From the NCBI GenBank assembly GCA_964502615.1, contig CAZCXF010000001.1, positions 50,722 through 114,721 on the forward strand: a stretch of DNA of 64,000 bases. The letters run 5' to 3'. The position numbers and the translations under genes were made by a program. The DNA comes from an uncultured Candidatus Saccharibacteria bacterium (GTDB taxonomy: Bacteria; Patescibacteriota; Minisyncoccia; Phycocordibacterales; UBA9973). The first letter of the stretch is position 1; each line of letters opens with the position of its first letter. Below are positions 60,760 to 64,000 of the stretch, piece by piece. The notes under the pieces were generated by a model. It did no database searches. It was not told the origin of the DNA and was given only the letters and a program-made list of their open reading frames with translations.

Positions 60760-61293
60760 ATGGATAGCAACCAAATAGACAACTTTCTTTTACTAAAAAA
60801 TACGGATCATAAGGAGAATCATAAGGAAAAATATATTGATCACTACTTAGAGCAATACCGTATCTACATTCATGTATTCAATAGTCTAAGTGATCGCAGG
60901 CAGAAATCAAATGAATTTTTCCTAGGCTTAAATACAGCTATCATAGGAATGCTCGGATATCTAGAGACTAAAAGTATTAGTCACAACGAATCTATAATAT
61001 TCCTAGTTGCACCATTTGTAGGGATGGGGATATGTCTATGCTGGTATAGACTTATACTTTCATACAAACAATTAAACCAAGCAAAATTTAAAGTGATACA
61101 TCGGTTAGAAACAAGGCTTCCTGCAGCACTATTTGAGACAGAGTGGGAACTTCTAGGTAGAGGTAAGGATATGAAAAAATATAGACCCTTATCTTCAATT
61201 GAAAAAAATATCCCAGCTATATTTATTGTTTTATATATACTGATATTCGTAACTAATTTTGCATTTGATTTTAGTATGATTTTAGACAAATAG
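60760..61293 (+). CDS. hypothetical 2-TM protein (SLATT/DUF4231-like architecture, unverified)
   Basis: A charged helical N-terminus, two central TM helices, a soluble segment and a C-terminal TM. Its own TTGACA-N17-TATTAT promoter is at 60701-60729. Confidence 0.45.
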   Translation: MDSNQIDNFLLLKNTDHKENHKEKYIDHYLEQYRIYIHVFNSLSDRRQKSNEFFLGLNTAIIGMLGYLETKSISHNESIIFLVAPFVGMGICLCWYRLILSYKQLNQAKFKVIHRLETRLPAALFETEWELLGRGKDMKKYRPLSSIEKNIPAIFIVLYILIFVTNFAFDFSMILDK

Positions 61294-61301
61294 ACAAAAT
61301 G

Positions 61302-61332
61302 AAAACGCGAACTCAAGGAGGACGCGTTTTTC
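61302..61332 (+). terminator. terminator aaaacgcg...cgcgttttt
   Basis: Short stem with a large loop, followed by TTTTT. Confidence 0.45.
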
Positions 61333-61359
61333 ATAAAATAAATTGGGATTTTGTGATAA

Positions 61360-61764
61360 CTAAAACAGGAATCTGGTTTTAAATTTGATAAGAAACCAAT
61401 TCTCTATTTTCTTACCTTCCAATTTGTGAGCTGTGATCCCGCCCACGAGGATGCCAATAAGTAATCCGAAGACACTTATGAAGAATGGAATGTAATCCGC
61501 AGAGGTGCCAAAGTAGCCACCTAAGAAGATAGAAATCGCAAAAAGTGCGAACACTCCAACGATGCAATCATTAAACTTGGCTGGTTTAATGATGTGCGAT
61601 TGCAAATCAGAATGGTGTGCGACTATTGAAAGATAGCCAGCTACAACAAAGTGATAAACAAACGCTGTTACCAAAAGCAAAGTATTACTCTCTTTTACTT
61701 TTGATAAAAAGAAACTTGCTGTTAACACAACAGCCAATGTAAAGAACATAGGTACTTTTTTCAT
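61360..61764 (-). CDS. hypothetical 4-TM membrane protein
   Basis: 134 aa, four TM helices. Confidence 0.45.
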   Translation of the reverse strand: MKKVPMFFTLAVVLTASFFLSKVKESNTLLLVTAFVYHFVVAGYLSIVAHHSDLQSHIIKPAKFNDCIVGVFALFAISIFLGGYFGTSADYIPFFISVFGLLIGILVGGITAHKLEGKKIENWFLIKFKTRFLF

Positions 61765-61885
61765 AAAAAGGGTTTTGTGAACAATTACTTATATTATAGC
61801 ATACTATATGCCTATTTGTCAATTAAAATAACCTTATTCTATAAGGGTTTTTTAACTAAAATCATATAAATGCTATAATTACCCC

Positions 61886-62500
61886 ATGAGTAAGCAAACT
61901 AAAAATATAATAAGTGCTATTTGTTTTTTAATATTTATCGGTCTTTTAGTTAGAGGATATATACTAACTAATAACAAAAAGAAAGAATTCGAGAATCTAA
62001 ATAAAAAAACTGAGAGCTACCAAACAACTACAATAGAAAGAATCTCAAAACCAGTTATCAGTCTTCCAGATGATAATAATATTTTAGTTGGGGTGAATAA
62101 TAATATAGGAACTTACAAAATACCAGCACTGAAAAAAGAAGGTATTATCAAGATAAATAACGAATTACTTAAAACAAATTTTATAAGAGGGATAGATGGA
62201 AAAGTTAATCCTAGAGTTGATGCAATAGTACCAATGACAGTAAGCTCAGATTCACTAGGTGGTTCGACATATATACTTCTGTTCTATGATAGGGGAGATG
62301 AAGTTATTGAAAAATCTTATGCTCGTATTGGAAACCTTGATATTAAAATAGGAAGTATTGAAATAATCCCAAAAGATGCATCAGTAAAAGATCAAGAATA
62401 TAAAGTTTCTATAAAATACATATCAAACAACATAGAAAAAGAAACTACTATACCAGTAGTGGATGGACATTTTGATCCTAAGAATACAGTTTCTAAATAA
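61886..62500 (+). CDS. hypothetical secreted/membrane-anchored protein
   Basis: N-terminal TM followed by a beta-rich soluble domain. Confidence 0.45.
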   Translation: MSKQTKNIISAICFLIFIGLLVRGYILTNNKKKEFENLNKKTESYQTTTIERISKPVISLPDDNNILVGVNNNIGTYKIPALKKEGIIKINNELLKTNFIRGIDGKVNPRVDAIVPMTVSSDSLGGSTYILLFYDRGDEVIEKSYARIGNLDIKIGSIEIIPKDASVKDQEYKVSIKYISNNIEKETTIPVVDGHFDPKNTVSK

Positions 62501-62505
62501 ATCGT

Positions 62506-62664
62506 TTATCTTTTCTTCTCCCGCCAATCGTATTCTTCATCTTCATCATCATTTTTATCTACAATTGGAGTTCCACAATTTGCACACGCTTCATCGTATG
62601 AGCGAAGGCCACATCTAGGGCAAATTGGGTCTTTTTTTTCTTGTTGTTCTAATTCTTCTTCCAT
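62506..62664 (-). CDS. 52-aa zinc-ribbon miniprotein (not in ORF track)
   Basis: Minus-strand translation gives MEEELEQQEKKDPICPRCGLRSYDEACANCGTPIVDKNDDEDEEYDWREKKR, which contains CPRC...CANC. Confidence 0.4.
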   Translation of the reverse strand: MEEELEQQEKKDPICPRCGLRSYDEACANCGTPIVDKNDDEDEEYDWREKKR

Positions 62665-62744
62665 AAAAAATATTATACTATATTAATTTATAATAGAAAA
62701 AGTGATACAATAAAAGTATATTATTAATAAAAAATAAAAAACGT

Positions 62745-62807
62745 ATGGCAAAAGGAATGTCTCACAAGAAAGAAGCAAAGAAACCGAAAAAAGCAAAGAA
62801 GAAGTAA
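62745..62807 (+). CDS. 20-aa lysine-rich peptide (speculative)
   Basis: MAKGMSHKKEAKKPKKAKKK, immediately followed by a strong terminator. Confidence 0.2.
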   Translation: MAKGMSHKKEAKKPKKAKKK

Positions 62808-62810
62808 ATA

Positions 62811-62845
62811 CAAAATACCCTCGACCGAAGTCGAGGGTATTTTGT
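62811..62845. terminator. bidirectional terminator aataccctcgac...gtcgagggtatt
   Basis: 12-bp perfect stem. It serves cspA on the minus strand and the upstream plus-strand unit. Confidence 0.7.
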
Positions 62846-62853
62846 TAAGTCGC

Positions 62854-63051
62854 CTATGCGCGCTGTACGTTTACAGCACTAGGTCCCTTTGCAGTTTCTT
62901 CTGTATCGAAAGTAACAGCGTCACCTTCACGTAGTTCGTCGAACTGAACGTTTACAAGAGAGTTACTGTGGAAGAATAAATCCTTCGCAAGTCCTTCTGC
63001 TGTGATGAAACCGAAACCTTTGTCAGTAAGCTTTTTGATTGAGCCAGTCAT
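62854..63051 (-). CDS. cspA: cold-shock protein (CSD)
   Basis: RNP1 KGFGFI and RNP2-like VTFD motifs. A long 5' UTR lies upstream. Confidence 0.93.
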   Translation of the reverse strand: MTGSIKKLTDKGFGFITAEGLAKDLFFHSNSLVNVQFDELREGDAVTFDTEETAKGPSAVNVQRA

Positions 63052-63320
63052 TGATTTTGATTGTTATAAATTGCTAAAAATAAGATAAATGTGTAAAAAA
63101 TCGACTCTTTTCTCGATAGACCTTATGTGCTTACATACTACAATATCTATAATTATTTGTCAAAGTTTATTTAAATAAAACATTGAAAATATTGACAAAA
63201 TAACGGATAGATGCTATTCTTTATTAGTTGAAATACTCCTAAGTGCGTGTATATAAGTGTTTCAATTTTTCGCCTAATCTAAGGCGAATCATTTATTTTT
63301 GAAACACGTAAAATTTAATC

Positions 63321-64000
63321 ATGCCTACATATAGCAAACCAAGCTCTAAGAGAGCTTCATATTCATCTGGTCCTAAAAAGACTAATTCTAGTCGTCCACA
63401 TAGTGGAGGTGCTCATTCTTCGGCTCGCACTTCAAGTTATAAACCTGGAGGAAGACCGAGTTCTAGTGCATCACATAAACCTTCATTTGGAGGAAAACCT
63501 TCATACAATAGTCACCGTCCACACGGAGGAGCCGCACGACCAGCATTTGGTGGTGCTAATCGTAGTAGAAGCGGAGGCGGTAGAAAGAAGAGAGGATCAT
63601 TTGAAAGAATAGATGTTTCTCGATTTATTAGCAAAGCAACAATTATAGAAAAAGAAGAGATATATCTTCCAACTCACACATTTTCTGACTTTGCGATAGA
63701 CGAGCGACTAAAGACTTCAATCGCAAACAAACAATATATTTATCCAAGTCCAATCCAAGACAAATCAATTCCTCATGCACTCGAAGGGCGTGATATTTTA
63801 GGTATTGCAAATACTGGTACTGGTAAAACTGCAGCATTCTTAATACCTATAATTAATAAAATTTTAAAAGATAGTAAGGAAACTGCGATAATAATTGCAC
63901 CTACTCGTGAACTTGCTCTTCAGATTGAAAAAGAGTTTATCGAATTCACAAAGGGTATGAAGATGTGGTCAGTATCTTGTGTGGGTGGTGCTCCAATATT
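63321..64000 (+). CDS. DEAD-box RNA helicase (3'-partial; runs off window) with ~110-aa Ser/Gly/Arg-rich N-terminal extension
   Basis: Q-motif region FSDFAIDERLKTSIANKQYIYPSPIQ, motif I ANTGTGKT and motif Ia PTRELA. The gene is absent from the ORF track because no stop lies within the window. Confidence 0.9.
   Translation, partial: MPTYSKPSSKRASYSSGPKKTNSSRPHSGGAHSSARTSSYKPGGRPSSSASHKPSFGGKPSYNSHRPHGGAARPAFGGANRSRSGGGRKKRGSFERIDVSRFISKATIIEKEEIYLPTHTFSDFAIDERLKTSIANKQYIYPSPIQDKSIPHALEGRDILGIANTGTGKTAAFLIPIINKILKDSKETAIIIAPTRELALQIEKEFIEFTKGMKMWSVSCVGGAPI

Noticed and set aside
63403-63837. Two short ORFs (63403..63612 +, 63643..63837 -)
   Set aside because: Both lie inside the DEAD-box helicase gene, which runs off the window end and so is missing from the ORF track. 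They are alternative-frame artefacts.

Overview
This is a low-GC (~33%), gene-dense bacterial window with a small-genome character. It resembles a Patescibacteria/CPR-like organism, but that is an inference from composition and gene content only. Most of the window is housekeeping. It contains dnaK-dnaJ and a three-gene polyamine module (SpeA-like arginine decarboxylase, a deoxyhypusine-synthase-like enzyme and a convergent agmatinase). It contains cysS, a CorA-like transporter, rplU, recR, dnaB and trpS. It contains a T-box leader in front of an archaeal-type aspS, which heads a long co-directional gene string hit-scpA-scpB-mraY-ftsW-murG-gltX-M23 peptidase-tRNA-Leu-gatB. It contains gap, dapF, a pentose-phosphate operon (rpiB-rpe-split transketolase) with two tiny membrane ORFs between the transketolase halves, a PfkB kinase, a class II aldolase, an FAD-linked oxidase, rplY, a coiled-coil lytic transglycosylase, rpmE and prfA. 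It contains an RRM protein, tRNA-Ile, a complete F1Fo ATP synthase operon (atpZ?BEFHAGDC) and trhO. The most unusual part lies at ~53.0-57.8 kb. A near-consensus sigma70 promoter carries a GAAC-N4-GTTC LexA (Cheo-type) box in its spacer. That promoter drives a tightly packed co-directional string: small ORF, lexA, a beta-class DNA methyltransferase with an adjacent candidate restriction enzyme, a minimal Ogt/MGMT, a secreted cytochrome-b5-like protein, DoxX, DUF167, a DUF1905-like protein, and a compositionally foreign (~45% GC) gene closed by a GC-rich terminator. An accessory-like tail (57.8-62.7 kb) follows, with secreted, membrane, SWIB and 2TM orphan proteins and a zinc-ribbon miniprotein. 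The window ends with divergent cspA and a DEAD-box helicase. No CRISPR arrays, IS elements or rRNA genes were seen. All stops examined were TAA or TAG, and long conserved genes are intact under the standard code.
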